A DNA stretch of 64,000 nt. Source: an uncultured Planctomycetaceae bacterium. Lineage in GTDB: Bacteria; Planctomycetota; Planctomycetia; Planctomycetales; Planctomycetaceae. The position numbers and the translations under genes are program-made. The stretch is from NCBI GenBank assembly GCA_963976765.1, contig CAXBME010000015.1:124001-188000 (forward strand), given 5' to 3'. Shown here piece by piece: positions 22,991 to 33,638 of this stretch; position 1 is the stretch's first letter; the number at the start of each line of letters is the position of its first letter. Below the pieces are notes generated by a model, which was not told the DNA's origin, searched no databases, and saw only the letters and a list, made by a program, of their open reading frames with translations.

Positions 22991-25900
22991 ATGCTCTTCA
23001 GCCGGCTGCTGCAAAACCGAACGAACCCGCAAACGTCGACACTGCCTCCGTCGAACTACTGGCAACGGCTGACGTCACGCCGAGCTGTTCGGCGAAGCTG
23101 GCAGACAGAACAACTGGAATGCCGCCTCTTACTGACCGCAACTCCAAATGGCGACAGTCTTCGTACTTACCGACTCGCCGTGTCCGCGACTGAAGAATAC
23201 ACCGCATTCTTTGGTGACAACCGAGTTGAAGCTCAGCAGGCAATCGTTAACTCGGTTGCCACGTTTAACGAGATTCTGAATCGCGAACTGAATGTGCATC
23301 TGGAGCTGATCGACAACCTCGATATTGTCTTCGGGGGAGACCATCCGTCATCAGATCCGTTTACAACGCTGAGTGCCTCGCTGGGGCAGAATCAGACCTT
23401 GCTCGATTCTGTCATCGGCTCGGCTAACTATGACATCGGTCATGTGTTCGGCACATTTGAGGCTGGCGGACTGGCGACGGTGAATTCAGCCGGCATCGAC
23501 GGCATCAAAGCTCAGGGGGCGTCCGGAACTTCGAGTCCAACCGGATCCGGGTTCGATCTTCTGGCCATTCACGAGTTCGGCCATCAGTTCGGAGCGACGC
23601 ACACGTTCAATTCGAGTGACCCGGCGCGGATCCCTGGCACTGCGTACGAACCTGGCAGCGGATCGACCATCATGTCGTACGCGGGGATCCTGCCGCCGGT
23701 CTTTCAGGAGCCTCCATTCGGCAACAACCTTCAGAACAATCCCGATGATTACTTTCACGCTGCCAGCATCGACCAGATTGTCGCGCATCTGGAAAACCTC
23801 GACACCGCAGGCGTTGGAACAATCACGTCTGCCGTCAACCAGGTTCCGGTGGTCACAGCCGGCAACGACTTCATCATTCCTGCCGGCACGCCGTTCAGCC
23901 TTTCGGCCACTGGCACCGACGCGGACGGCGACACACTCTTCTACAACTTCGAGCAGATGGATCTGGGAGCGGCTCAAAACGTCGACCCGCTTGACGCCGA
24001 CAACGGCTCCAGCCCGCTGTTTCGATCATTCGAGCCTGCTGTGGCCGATTCGTCCGGAACTTTTACGCGAGTGTTTCCGCAGCTCAGTGACATCCTCAGC
24101 GGGACCCCAACGAAGGGGGAGCAGCTTCCGTCGACGAATCGGTCACTCAATTTTCGAGCAACGGTGCGTGATCAACAGGGAGGCACAAACGGTGACGACG
24201 TGCTGCTGACCGTTGTTAATACGGGATCAGGCTTCGAACTCACCAACCTGAATTCAACGACCACGCTGATCGGTGGGACCAGTCAGGAAATCACCTGGGA
24301 CGTGGCCGGCACGACAGCCAACGGAATCAACGTCAGTGACGTCGAAATTCTGCTGTCGACCGATGGCGGCCTGACGTTTCCGCATTCACTCGCGACAACG
24401 GCGAACGACGGAAGTCATTTCGTCACTCTGCCGAACATCGACGGTGCGATTTCAGGTGCGAGCGGTGGGGAACATCTTTTTCGACATTTCCAACGCCAAC
24501 GTGACCATTGCCGCCAACGCGGCTGCACCTGGGGTTTCGATCGTTGAATCCGACGGAGGGACATCCGTCGGCGAAGTATCAGCCGTCGGGGCGGCCACGG
24601 ACACTTACACGCTGACCTTGAACACGACTCCTGCCAGCGCCGTCGAACTGACCGTTACCGGTGACGCCGACGTTCTGGTCAGCACGAACGGTTCGACATT
24701 CAGTAACTCAATTACACTTTCGGTAGCAGACACCTCGGCACGAACAATTTTCATTCGAGCATTCAACGATGCCGACGTCGAGGGAACTCACACAGGCACG
24801 ATCACGCAGACAGTTTCAGCCAGCTCTGACAGCAACTACCCGCTCGGCCTGTTGATCAACAGTGTGATTTCAACCGTGATCGACGACGAACGAACACCGC
24901 TGGTGGCGGTTGATTTTCAGCAGTCCGGGGAATCGGTCCCCGCGAACTGGACCGAGATCAACGAAACCGATGCAGTATTCTCCCCGAAAACATTTAGCGA
25001 TCTAATCCGTGAAGATGGCTCAACGACAACCATCGACCTGACCGTTGGTCAGTTTGATTCACTAAGCCGCTCGGTCGGGCCGTCTGACCCGGACAGCTCT
25101 ACGGTACCAATTCACACACCACCACTCGCAGGTGCTGGCGGCGTTTATGGTTGGCCAAAGAATTCGGCAAACACAGTTATCGCGAACTGGAGCGGGCTCG
25201 CGCCAAACGAGAAATACAATGTCTACGTTCTTGTCGCCGAACGATTTGGCGGCGGAACGGACATCAATCACACCGTCACCATTCTGGGAGACGGCAGCGA
25301 CAACCCGGTTCCGTTTGTCCAGACAACGTCTGGCTTTGGCGGAGAGTTGCAGATTAATAACCAGCAGGGCGATGATTCCCAGCCGCTTGAGAATTTCGCT
25401 CTGACAGTGACGGCAGATTCGTCTGGCGAAATCGACATCCAGCTTTTTCGTGACGACGGAGTCAGCTCAAACGTCATCTATCTCGGTGCTGTCGCGATTC
25501 AGCACGCGGTCACACCGACCAGCGAACCGCCGCTCTTTGCCAGCGTCACGTTCGACAATGGCACAGGCCAGTTAGCAGTAAACACCGCAGACTCAGACAG
25601 TGTCATAATCAGCGCGACCAACGGACCGTCCGGAACGGTTATCGTCAACATTAATGGTGTCGCCAACACACAGTTTGGAACAGTTGCTCCGAGTTCTGTT
25701 CAATCGATCGTCGTCAACGGTATTGGCCCCGGAGCTCACCTGATCGATCTCAGCACAGTGTCGCCAAGAGACTTTACGAATGCTGGTGGAGTTGGCATTA
25801 CCATTCTGGGAGCTGCTGGAAACGACACTCTGTACGGATCAGGATTTGGTGACAGCATCGATGGTGGATCGGGCGACGATCTGATCCTGGGCGGCAGTGG

Positions 25901-26441
25901 TGGGGACAGTGTCAGTGGCGGAGTGGGTAACGACTTCATCATGGGCAACTCGGGACAGGACACGCTCCTTGGAAACGACGGAACTGACACCATCTTCGGC
26001 GGCGGAGGGAGAGACTCCATTCGCGGCGGAAACGACGCGGACCTGATTCGAGGCAACAGAGGGCGGGACAGTCTTTTCGGAGAAGCTGGCGACGACACCA
26101 TCATCGGCGGAGGCGGCCCGGATTCAATCTCCGGCGGCGATGATGCCGACAGCCTGATCGGCAGCAGCGGCTCAGACGGGATCAATGCCGGTGCGGGGGA
26201 CGACATTGTGAACGGACGCGGAGGCGCAGACACGATTCTGGGGCTCACCGGGAACGACACGCTCAACGGGGGCAGTCGAGGCGATATGCTCGTCGGTGGC
26301 GACGACGATGATGACCTGACTGGGGCCGGCGGCACAGACACTCTGGCGGGCGGCGCCGGGATGGACACAGTCGATAACGTCACTGAAATCGACGAATCAT
26401 TTGCCGAGAGCATGTTCGCGGCGCTGCTGGCTTTCACCTGA
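22991..26441 (+). pseudogene. Secreted M12B/reprolysin-like zinc metalloprotease with Ig-like domains and C-terminal RTX Ca-binding repeats, split by a frameshift at about 24443
   Basis: ORF1 has EQLECRLLLTA, HEFGHQFGATH and Met-turn GSTIMSY. ORF2 resumes the same domain (VRFQVRAVGNIFFDISN) in another frame and ends in GGxGxD repeats. Confidence 0.8.
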
Positions 26442-26569
26442 GTTGCCGTCGTGAATTCTCGACAAAGCTTCGAGTTTTCCGTCAGTTGTGACCTGCGAAG
26501 CGAATCAAACAGGACAGTCGCAGGAGCCGCGTTCAGTCAGCGACGACGAAAAATCACAACCTGCCAGAC

Positions 26570-27058
26570 CTATCGAGGATCCTTTGCGCCGGCCAATCGG
26601 TGCACAGCCTGCCACTCTTCGTCCGTGACCGGCACGATCGATAGTCGCGATCCTTTTTGCATGACGGCCATACCGGATGTGACATCGTCAGCCTTGAGGT
26701 CGTCTCGCGTCACCGGCGTCTCAAACTTCTGAATGATCTCGACGTCGACCATGAACCACGTTGGTGCCTCGGGGTTGCTCTTGGGATCGTAGTGCTTGTC
26801 CTTTTTGTCGAACGCGGTGTGATCCGGATAGCCAGGTTCGACAATTCGAGCCGTCCCGACGATGGCCATTGGCTTGGCATTGCTATGATAAAAAAGAACG
26901 CGATCGCCGACCTGAATGTCGTCGCGCAGCATGTTCCGGACCTGGTAATTCCTCACGCCATCCCAGTGCGTCGACCGGTCTTTGACGAGATCATCAATCG
27001 AGTACGCATTCGGTTCCGACTTGAACAGCCAGTATTGCCGCTTCCGTTTCTTTGCCAC
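26570..27058 (-). CDS. EVE domain protein (PUA-like)
   Basis: YWLFKSEP, WDGVRNYQVRN, GDRVLFYHSN, YPDHTAFD...YDPKS, WFMVDV, RLSIVPVT. Confidence 0.95.
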   Translation of the reverse strand: MAKKRKRQYWLFKSEPNAYSIDDLVKDRSTHWDGVRNYQVRNMLRDDIQVGDRVLFYHSNAKPMAIVGTARIVEPGYPDHTAFDKKDKHYDPKSNPEAPTWFMVDVEIIQKFETPVTRDDLKADDVTSGMAVMQKGSRLSIVPVTDEEWQAVHRLAGAKDPR

Positions 27059-27096
27059 GTGATCACCTTCGAGACTGTAGTTTTCGCGGCCTGACG

Positions 27097-28461
27097 TTAC
27101 TCGATCGCTTTCGAGACCGGTCCCAGGAGAATCAAAGCCGTGGTGAAATAAATGACGACTCCCAGCACGTCAACCAGAGCAGCGATCAGCGGATTCGACA
27201 TCAAGGCGGGGTCCATGCCCAGCCGCTTAAAGCCGATCGGCAGGATCACTCCAGCAGTGGTGCCGAAAACAACCATGATCATGACTGTCACGGCAACGAC
27301 GACCGCTTCGAGCAACGGCACCATGCAGATGGCGACGGCAAACGAGAGCGTCATCAATGCACTTCCCAGTGTGATCGCCATTCTCAGTTCGCGCGTGATG
27401 ATGAAGTATTTATCGCGACTGGTCATTTCCGTGGTGGCCATCTCGCGAATGATCAGGGTTGCCGATTGAGACCCGGCGTTGCCGCCGCTCGCGAGCACCA
27501 GCGGAATAAACGCAGCCATCCAGATATACGATCGCTGCAGATCCTCGTAGCCCTGCATGACCCACGCCGTCAGAAAAGCCGCCGCCAGCAGAATCACCAG
27601 CCAGACGCCGCGTTTTTGAGCGAGTACCAGAAATGGCGTCGTCATGTAGCTTTCATCAAGCGGTTGAATGGCGGCCTGCATCTGGGCATCTTCGGTCGCT
27701 TCCTCTTCCAGCACATCCAGAGCGTCGTCGAGCGTGACAATTCCGACGAGCCGATGCAGATTGTCGACAACAGGGATCGCCAGAAAGTCGTACCGAGCCA
27801 GTTCGCGGGCGACGAACTCTTCGTCATCGTCCACTCGCACAGAAATCACGTCGCGGTGCATGATCTCGGCCAGCGTGGCTGAACGCCTGGCCTGAATGAG
27901 TTCTCTCAACGAAACGATGCCGTCCAGCCGCCGGCCTTCGTCGAGGATGTAGATATAGTAAATGGTCTCACTGTCTGGCGACTGGACTCGCAGTTCGTCC
28001 AACGCCTGAGAAACAGTCATTTCTTCCGATAAGGACGCGTACTCGGTCGTCATGATCGAGCCAGCGCTGCCATCGGGATACGAAAGCAGTTTGCGAATAT
28101 CGGCACGCTCAGCCTGAGCCATCAGCGGCAGCAGGCTTTCGACCTTTTCGTCATCGAGCATCTCTAACACGTCGACGCGGTCGTCCGGAGCCATCTCTTC
28201 GATCAGTCGCGACAGCTGCTTCCGGTCAGAAACCTCGACAATCTCAACCTGCAGACGAGGTTCCAGGAAGCCAAAGATTTCAGCCTGCAGCTCAGCCTCG
28301 CAGGAAACCAGAACACGCCAGAGTTCGGCAGGCTCCAGTTCATCGATCACTTCCGCTACGACCGCTGGATGAAGCGCCTCGCAGAAGGCGCGCAGACCAT
28401 CATCGTCGTTTGCGTCAAGCGTCATGCGAAGATCGGGAAACAGCAGCGATCGATAGAACAT
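27097..28461 (-). CDS. mgtE: Magnesium transporter MgtE
   Basis: N-domain, SAGSIMTTEY, CBS pair, GGNAGSQS, DPALMSNP, LVDVLG, five TM helices. Confidence 0.96.
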   Translation of the reverse strand: MFYRSLLFPDLRMTLDANDDDGLRAFCEALHPAVVAEVIDELEPAELWRVLVSCEAELQAEIFGFLEPRLQVEIVEVSDRKQLSRLIEEMAPDDRVDVLEMLDDEKVESLLPLMAQAERADIRKLLSYPDGSAGSIMTTEYASLSEEMTVSQALDELRVQSPDSETIYYIYILDEGRRLDGIVSLRELIQARRSATLAEIMHRDVISVRVDDDEEFVARELARYDFLAIPVVDNLHRLVGIVTLDDALDVLEEEATEDAQMQAAIQPLDESYMTTPFLVLAQKRGVWLVILLAAAFLTAWVMQGYEDLQRSYIWMAAFIPLVLASGGNAGSQSATLIIREMATTEMTSRDKYFIITRELRMAITLGSALMTLSFAVAICMVPLLEAVVVAVTVMIMVVFGTTAGVILPIGFKRLGMDPALMSNPLIAALVDVLGVVIYFTTALILLGPVSKAIE

Positions 28462-28655
28462 GGAGAGTTACCTCCGCAGACCGTTAACGGAACAGTCCGC
28501 AGGAGAAAGCGAATCGGAAGTCCGACCGCGCAGTGCTCGCCGGAATCGAGGCGGATGATACGGTCCCGAACCAGTCCGCCACAGCTCCACGGAAAGAGTC
28601 TGCGATAATTCACAACAAATTGATCAAACCCGATAACGCTCGGGCGGCAACTCTC

Positions 28656-28682
28656 ATGTGTGCTACTGGCACTGCCCAGTGC
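28656..28682. repeat. REP-like palindrome (CACTGGC..GCCAGTG family), degenerate
   Basis: Reverse complement GCACTGGGCAGTGCCAGTAGCACACA resembles the copy at 35087-35110. Confidence 0.5.
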
Positions 28683-28815
28683 AGCAGGAGCCATCGCTGC
28701 GACCTGCTGAACGAGCGGAAACACAGTCAGAGCCTGTAGCAGACAGCTTGACAACCAGACGGCACCTGGCCTGTCGCTTGCCTGCGGGCGTGAATCGCTT
28801 AGCGCGAGCAGACAC

Positions 28816-29853
28816 TTAAGCAGCGGCAGCGATTCCGCTTTGTTGTCCCCAGTCGTGAGCGGCGACGGATTCAAGAATCATGTCGGCGACTTTCAAGGCA
28901 TCGAGCGCGTCCATACCGCTGCACGACGGCTTCGTGCCTCTGCGAACGCAGTCAACGAACTCTTCCAGTTCCGCCGTCAGAGCGTCGCCTTCCGCCACAA
29001 CCGCTTTTTCGACACCAATAAACCGACCGAAGATGTCAGCCTTCAACTGCTCGATGTCGGCCCCCGGCTCGCGTGCCAGTTCCAGCGGCGAACGCCCGTA
29101 TCGAAGTGCCTCGGTCGGCGAGTAACTGGTGACCTCGCGAGTCTGCAGGTCGACGTTCACACAACCAAGCGGGGACCACACCTGCATGCCTCGCCGTGCG
29201 TCCGGATTCACGCGACTCGCCGTCAGGTCGGCGATTGCTCCGTTTTGAAAGAAGAGCCTTGCGTTGACGATATCTTCGTGATCGCTGACGACATTGACAC
29301 CAAACGCCTGAACGTGCTTAACGGGCGATTGGACAAGATCAAGTACCAGGTCAATGTCGTGAATTAAAAGGTCGTGAACGACGCCAATGTCCGTCGAGCG
29401 AAACGGGAACGGACTCACCCGCTCAGCACGAATGTACTTTGGACTGCCGCAAACTTTTCGCGCAGCAACCATCGCCGGGTTGAACCGCTCAACATGTCCC
29501 ACCTGAAGGACAGCACCGTTTGCAGCCGCCAGATCGACCAGCCGCTTTCCTTCGGTGACTGAATCAGCCAGAGGTTTTTCGACCAGCACCGGAATTCCGT
29601 GTTCGAGGAACTCGCCAGCGATATCGCCATGCAGCGTCGTGGGCACAACGATTGAAGCGGCATCAATCTCGCCGATCAGATCCCGACCGTCGGCCACCCA
29701 GCGTGTGTTGAACTGCTCGGCAATGGGACGACCGATCGCTTCGCGAGGCTCGGCGACGGCCACCAGTTCGACACCCGGCAACCCGGAGACAATCCGAGCG
29801 TGATGCTTCCCCAACGCTCCAACACCCACAACCATTACTCGAAGATCGCTCAT
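28816..29853 (-). CDS. Gfo/Idh/MocA oxidoreductase, GnnA-like (UDP-GlcNAc 3-dehydrogenase candidate)
   Basis: VVGVGALGKHHAR, LVEKP, QVGHVERFNP, RSTDIGVVHDLLIHDID, TASRV. Immediately downstream of lpxA. Confidence 0.85.
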   Translation of the reverse strand: MSDLRVMVVGVGALGKHHARIVSGLPGVELVAVAEPREAIGRPIAEQFNTRWVADGRDLIGEIDAASIVVPTTLHGDIAGEFLEHGIPVLVEKPLADSVTEGKRLVDLAAANGAVLQVGHVERFNPAMVAARKVCGSPKYIRAERVSPFPFRSTDIGVVHDLLIHDIDLVLDLVQSPVKHVQAFGVNVVSDHEDIVNARLFFQNGAIADLTASRVNPDARRGMQVWSPLGCVNVDLQTREVTSYSPTEALRYGRSPLELAREPGADIEQLKADIFGRFIGVEKAVVAEGDALTAELEEFVDCVRRGTKPSCSGMDALDALKVADMILESVAAHDWGQQSGIAAAA

Positions 29854-29931
29854 GATGATTTCTCTCAGTAGAGTGAGCATTACCCAGCGTGTGACAGTTC
29901 CAGTGGGCAGTACTCACCGCGTGGCTGTTCT

Positions 29932-29952
29932 GGTGGGTGGTGCCCACCCTAC
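29932..29952. repeat. GTAG-type REP palindrome
   Basis: Reverse complement reads GTAGGGTGGGCACCACCCACC. Confidence 0.6.
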
Positions 29953-29965
29953 GGAAAGCCGACAT

Positions 29966-30817
29966 CTATGCCGCTTTCGACTGTTGTGAAGCGGCGGGTG
30001 CCGCATTGCGGACGGCTTCGCGAGCACGGCCCTGTTTGCCGGCACTTTGCTGCTCGATCGCCGTCAGCAGCGTGTTCAGTTCCAGAGGGATGATGCCTTC
30101 CAGTTCGTCTGTCAGAATCTTTCGAACTTCAGGAATCCGCTTGTGTTCTCGAAAAACCAGTCGGTGAGCACGTTTGATAGTTCGAATCGTTGGCTCGGAA
30201 ATTCCCGCTCGACGCATCCCGATGACGTTGATCGTGCGAACTTCCGGGTTGTCGCTTCCGCAGGCCAGCATGAACGGCGGAATGTCGGTCGGCACTCGAC
30301 AGCCGCCACTGATAAACGCCAGTCTGCCGATCGTCGCAAAGTGATGGACGACGCTGTTGCCGGAAACGATTGCTCGATCGTGTACGTGAACGTGGCCGCC
30401 GAGCAGCACGCCGTTGACAAGAAAAGTATTGTTGAAGATGTGGCAGTTGTGAGCCACGTGGGCATTGGCCATCAGCATGTTGCCGTTACCGATGCGGGTC
30501 CAGTGGTCTTCCTTCTCGGCTCCGCGACTGACAGTAACGCCTTCGCGGAAGAGGTTGTCGTCGCCAATCTCGACTCCCGTGTCAGCATCGGCTCGAAAGC
30601 TGACATCCTGAGGCTCTCCGCCAATGACACAGTTCGGCCAGAACCGGTTTCGTTCGCCGATGATCACTTTTCCCTGCACGACAACGTGGCTGTCGAGCTT
30701 CGTGCCGTTGCCAATCGTGACGTCGGGACCGACGACACAGAAGGGGCCGATCTCAACGTCATCGCCGATTCGAGCGGACTGATGCACGTCTGACAAACGT
30801 GAAATCTGTGTTGGCAT
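29966..30817 (-). CDS. lpxA: Acyl-ACP--UDP-N-acetylglucosamine acyltransferase
   Basis: Hexapeptide repeats, IGGEPQD, FREGVTVSRG, MANAHVAHNC, LLGGHV, DIPPF, INVIGMRR. Confidence 0.95.
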   Translation of the reverse strand: MPTQISRLSDVHQSARIGDDVEIGPFCVVGPDVTIGNGTKLDSHVVVQGKVIIGERNRFWPNCVIGGEPQDVSFRADADTGVEIGDDNLFREGVTVSRGAEKEDHWTRIGNGNMLMANAHVAHNCHIFNNTFLVNGVLLGGHVHVHDRAIVSGNSVVHHFATIGRLAFISGGCRVPTDIPPFMLACGSDNPEVRTINVIGMRRAGISEPTIRTIKRAHRLVFREHKRIPEVRKILTDELEGIIPLELNTLLTAIEQQSAGKQGRAREAVRNAAPAASQQSKAA

Positions 30818-30953
30818 AGGGACATCCTTGTCCTGAAGTTTGGCCTGGTGTTTCTGCCGCAGGGTGCGTCTCGACGCACCATCGATTTGATTGACGAGCA
30901 TGGTGCTTCAAGGCGCACCATGCCAACCTGTTCCAGCCTGCGAGATCATATTT

Positions 30954-31829
30954 TCAAGCAGCCCGAGATTCGGTTTCCTGATCGGCACATGCATCCTGCA
31001 GTTGCCGCATAAGTTCGTGGTTTGTCTGATGGCCGGTTCTCCAAGCGTTAAAGTAACCCTGTACGTCGCAGCCGGTCAAAGCGAAGTCGCCGATACAGTC
31101 CAGAATCTTGTGACGAGCACACTCCTCGACAGCTTTCAGCTCGTTCTCGAAAACACCGTCAGCGGTGAATACGAGCAAATCTTTTGCTGTAGTTCGCGGA
31201 CCATATCCGAGGGCTTTGAGCGAAGCGATTTCCGTATCGAGGATGAATGTGCGCGCGAAACAGATTTCGTTGACGAACGATTCCGGCGTTACATTGACAG
31301 TGTAGTTTTGCGAGGGAATCGGTGAATTCGGTTCGTAGTCGAGCACGTAAGTGATCGTCTGCCCTGCAACGCCAAACGGTCGAGCATCGATCGTGCTGCC
31401 ATCTTCGGCGGTGACGTGGAGCGGCTTGGGAACTCGCAGTTGAGCCTTTCTGGCCGATTGCTCTTCAAAGTCGGCAGTCAGCAGCGCATCGACAACGGCT
31501 TTGCACGATCCGTCAAAGCCGGGAGTTTCGGGAGCGTTGATCTCGATCAGACAGTTATCTACCTGAAGGCCAGCCAGTGCCGACATGACATGTTCGACCA
31601 ACTCGACCGTTGCACCATTGCCGGAGATGCCTGTTCGACGCTGTCGCGGAACGAGGAATTTGTGAGTGGCGGGCACGCACGGCTTGCCGTTCAGGTCGAC
31701 TCTTTGAAAGACGACGCCGTGATTTTCCGGCGCGGGCAGGAAACGAAGCCTGACATCGGCTCCTGTCAAAAAGCCGATGCCTTCAGCCGTTGCTTCTCTG
31801 CGAATCGTTCGCTGATTTCTGGAAAGCAT
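30954..31829 (-). CDS. lpxC: UDP-3-O-acyl-N-acetylglucosamine deacetylase
   Basis: QRTI...GIG, VEHVMSAL.GLQVDN, E.PGFDGS, EICFARTF, RHKILDCIGD, GH.TN. Confidence 0.93.
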   Translation of the reverse strand: MLSRNQRTIRREATAEGIGFLTGADVRLRFLPAPENHGVVFQRVDLNGKPCVPATHKFLVPRQRRTGISGNGATVELVEHVMSALAGLQVDNCLIEINAPETPGFDGSCKAVVDALLTADFEEQSARKAQLRVPKPLHVTAEDGSTIDARPFGVAGQTITYVLDYEPNSPIPSQNYTVNVTPESFVNEICFARTFILDTEIASLKALGYGPRTTAKDLLVFTADGVFENELKAVEECARHKILDCIGDFALTGCDVQGYFNAWRTGHQTNHELMRQLQDACADQETESRAA

Positions 31830-31949
31830 AAAAAACTCCCGGCATGGCATCTGCCGGTGAAAATGTTCGGGTTCAGCCCTTCGTTTCGATCGTTCAGCAA
31901 CGTTGCCGGTTCAAAACGCCGTTCTGAATCAGACTCCTGATAAACACAG

Positions 31950-31984
31950 AAAACCGGGACTTCCTCCAGCGAGGAAGTCCCGGG
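31950..31984 (-). terminator. Intrinsic terminator/attenuator after skp
   Basis: Minus strand reads CCGGGACTTCCTC-GCTG-GAGGAAGTCCCGG-TTTT. Confidence 0.75.
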
Positions 31985-32072
31985 CAGAATCGTGGTCCGG
32001 AAAGCTGTGTGACATCTCTCCTGTCTGCCGCCACCCGACGCCTCGTCGCGACAGGGACCGAGTCATCACAAA

Positions 32073-32723
32073 CTACTGACGTGCCGGACCCGTTGCTGGT
32101 TTCGTGGCCGCACGTGGAACAGCCGGGTTGGTCGGCGTGTACTTACGGTTCAGATAGTCAATCACCGCGTCAGTGATGTCGTCCTGAGGTCGGTGGTAAA
32201 TCACCAGCTTGTTCAGACCGTTTGACAGGCTCTGAGGATTACTTTCGTCAAGCGGGGCACTGTTGAACCGCATGACCATCGAAAATTTGAAGTGCTCGGC
32301 GTAAAGCTTGATGACTCCCACTGAGTCAACGTAAATGTCCTGGAAGATTTCGGCTTCCTTACGCTGGTAAGTAAGATTGGCAACCTTCCGTTTAGTCTCG
32401 AAGTCCGAACTGAGCTGAGCGAGGTCTGCTTCGCGTTTGATGTACTCAGCACTGCCTGGCTTCAGAAGCTTCAGTTCTTCTTTGACCTTTTCAGCATCGG
32501 CCGCAATCTTCTTGGCTTCGGCCAGAGCGACTTCCATTTCAGCCTTCAACGACGCGCGCATGTCTTCAAACTTGTTGTACTCTTTGAAGACGCGAGCCAT
32601 GTCGACCAGACCGATTTTCACCGGTGCGGCTGGAGCGGCGGCGGCAGGTTGAGTCTGGCCCATGGCCGGGGCAGTCAAGCCGATGCAACATGCAAGGGCG
32701 ACGACGGATACAGTTTTCTTCAC
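32073..32723 (-). CDS. skp: OmpH/Skp periplasmic chaperone
   Basis: AAAGGAG before GTG 32723, signal peptide, KIGLVDMARVF, coiled coil, DDITDAVIDYLN. Sits upstream of lpxC. Confidence 0.88.
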   Translation of the reverse strand: MKKTVSVVALACCIGLTAPAMGQTQPAAAAPAAPVKIGLVDMARVFKEYNKFEDMRASLKAEMEVALAEAKKIAADAEKVKEELKLLKPGSAEYIKREADLAQLSSDFETKRKVANLTYQRKEAEIFQDIYVDSVGVIKLYAEHFKFSMVMRFNSAPLDESNPQSLSNGLNKLVIYHRPQDDITDAVIDYLNRKYTPTNPAVPRAATKPATGPARQ

Positions 32724-32956
32724 GGCTGATGCACTCCTTTGCCTTGCCGGACGCGCAGGACGGATCGTCAATTCGATGCGGCTGCAGAACGGGCTTCCAT
32801 TCCTCGTTTCAAAGACGGTTCTTCACTGAACCGATGCCTTCACAGGTCGCGGTATTCTGCATAAGTCTGGATACGGGTCAATATGGATTGTGACCCGGCC
32901 ACGGCAGGACGATGGGCAGGTTCAGGATGACCTGCCGACGCTGCGTTTGCCATGTC

Positions 32957-33340
32957 CTACGAGTGCGGATCGGAATCGTTCGGCAGTTCCGAGTGATCCC
33001 AGAAGCAGTCAAACGTCAGCCACAAGGCTCGCGCGTACCGGTGAAAAAACATCGGAAACAGGACAAACCAGACGACCAGCGGCGGCACGACGTAGCTGTT
33101 GGGATAGTCCAGCGCGACGTGAAAGAAAATGTACGCCACCGTCAGCGAGGCCGCCGTCCACCCGTAATTGATGTAGGACGAGCCGAGGAAGTAGCCGGGT
33201 TCCCGTTCAAACTTGAAGTCGCACTCGCTGCACCGTTCATTCATCCGGAAAAAACCGCTGAACAGTTTTCCGACTCCGCACAGCGGACATCGCAAACGCA
33301 ACGCTCGTTTGTATCCGATTTCTAAAGGCACGCGTGCCAC
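32957..33340 (-). CDS. DUF983-family membrane protein
   Basis: RCPLCGVGKLFSGF...CSECDFKFEREPGYF followed by two TM helices. Confidence 0.82.
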   Translation of the reverse strand: MARVPLEIGYKRALRLRCPLCGVGKLFSGFFRMNERCSECDFKFEREPGYFLGSSYINYGWTAASLTVAYIFFHVALDYPNSYVVPPLVVWFVLFPMFFHRYARALWLTFDCFWDHSELPNDSDPHS

Positions 33341-33638
33341 AGGACGTCTCCGTAATCTGCATCGTCAGTCGTTTTCCGACTGAACCAGGAACTCACTTAA
33401 GGCCAGACTCTCGCGATCAGAATCGTCAATCTAACGCGTCTCCTTTCGACGGAACATGCTGCAGTTCACTTCCCGGCAGATTACGCACGACAGGATGCTC
33501 CGGAAGATGGCTTCTGGTGACTGCCGCATGCGTCTGGTAGATTGACATTCGCGACGTGTCAGTCACGATTCCCGTCCCTGCGCTGGTGGATCCCGTTCGC
33601 AGGCACGCATCCAGAGACACTTCCGTGAGGTACCGGGC

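Noticed and set aside
25736..26437. Pro/Ser-rich minus-strand ORF
   Set aside because: Mirror of the Gly/Asp-rich RTX repeats on the plus strand.
26570..27058. EVE protein as part of a modification-dependent restriction system
   Set aside because: It is a stand-alone, widespread type in housekeeping context, with no nuclease partner.
28462..28815. M-box or fluoride riboswitch in the mgtE leader
   Set aside because: GCAGCGATGGCTCCTGCTGC superficially resembles the fluoride aptamer start, but the downstream conserved elements are missing. I could not recognise an M-box consensus, and part of the region is a REP-like repeat.
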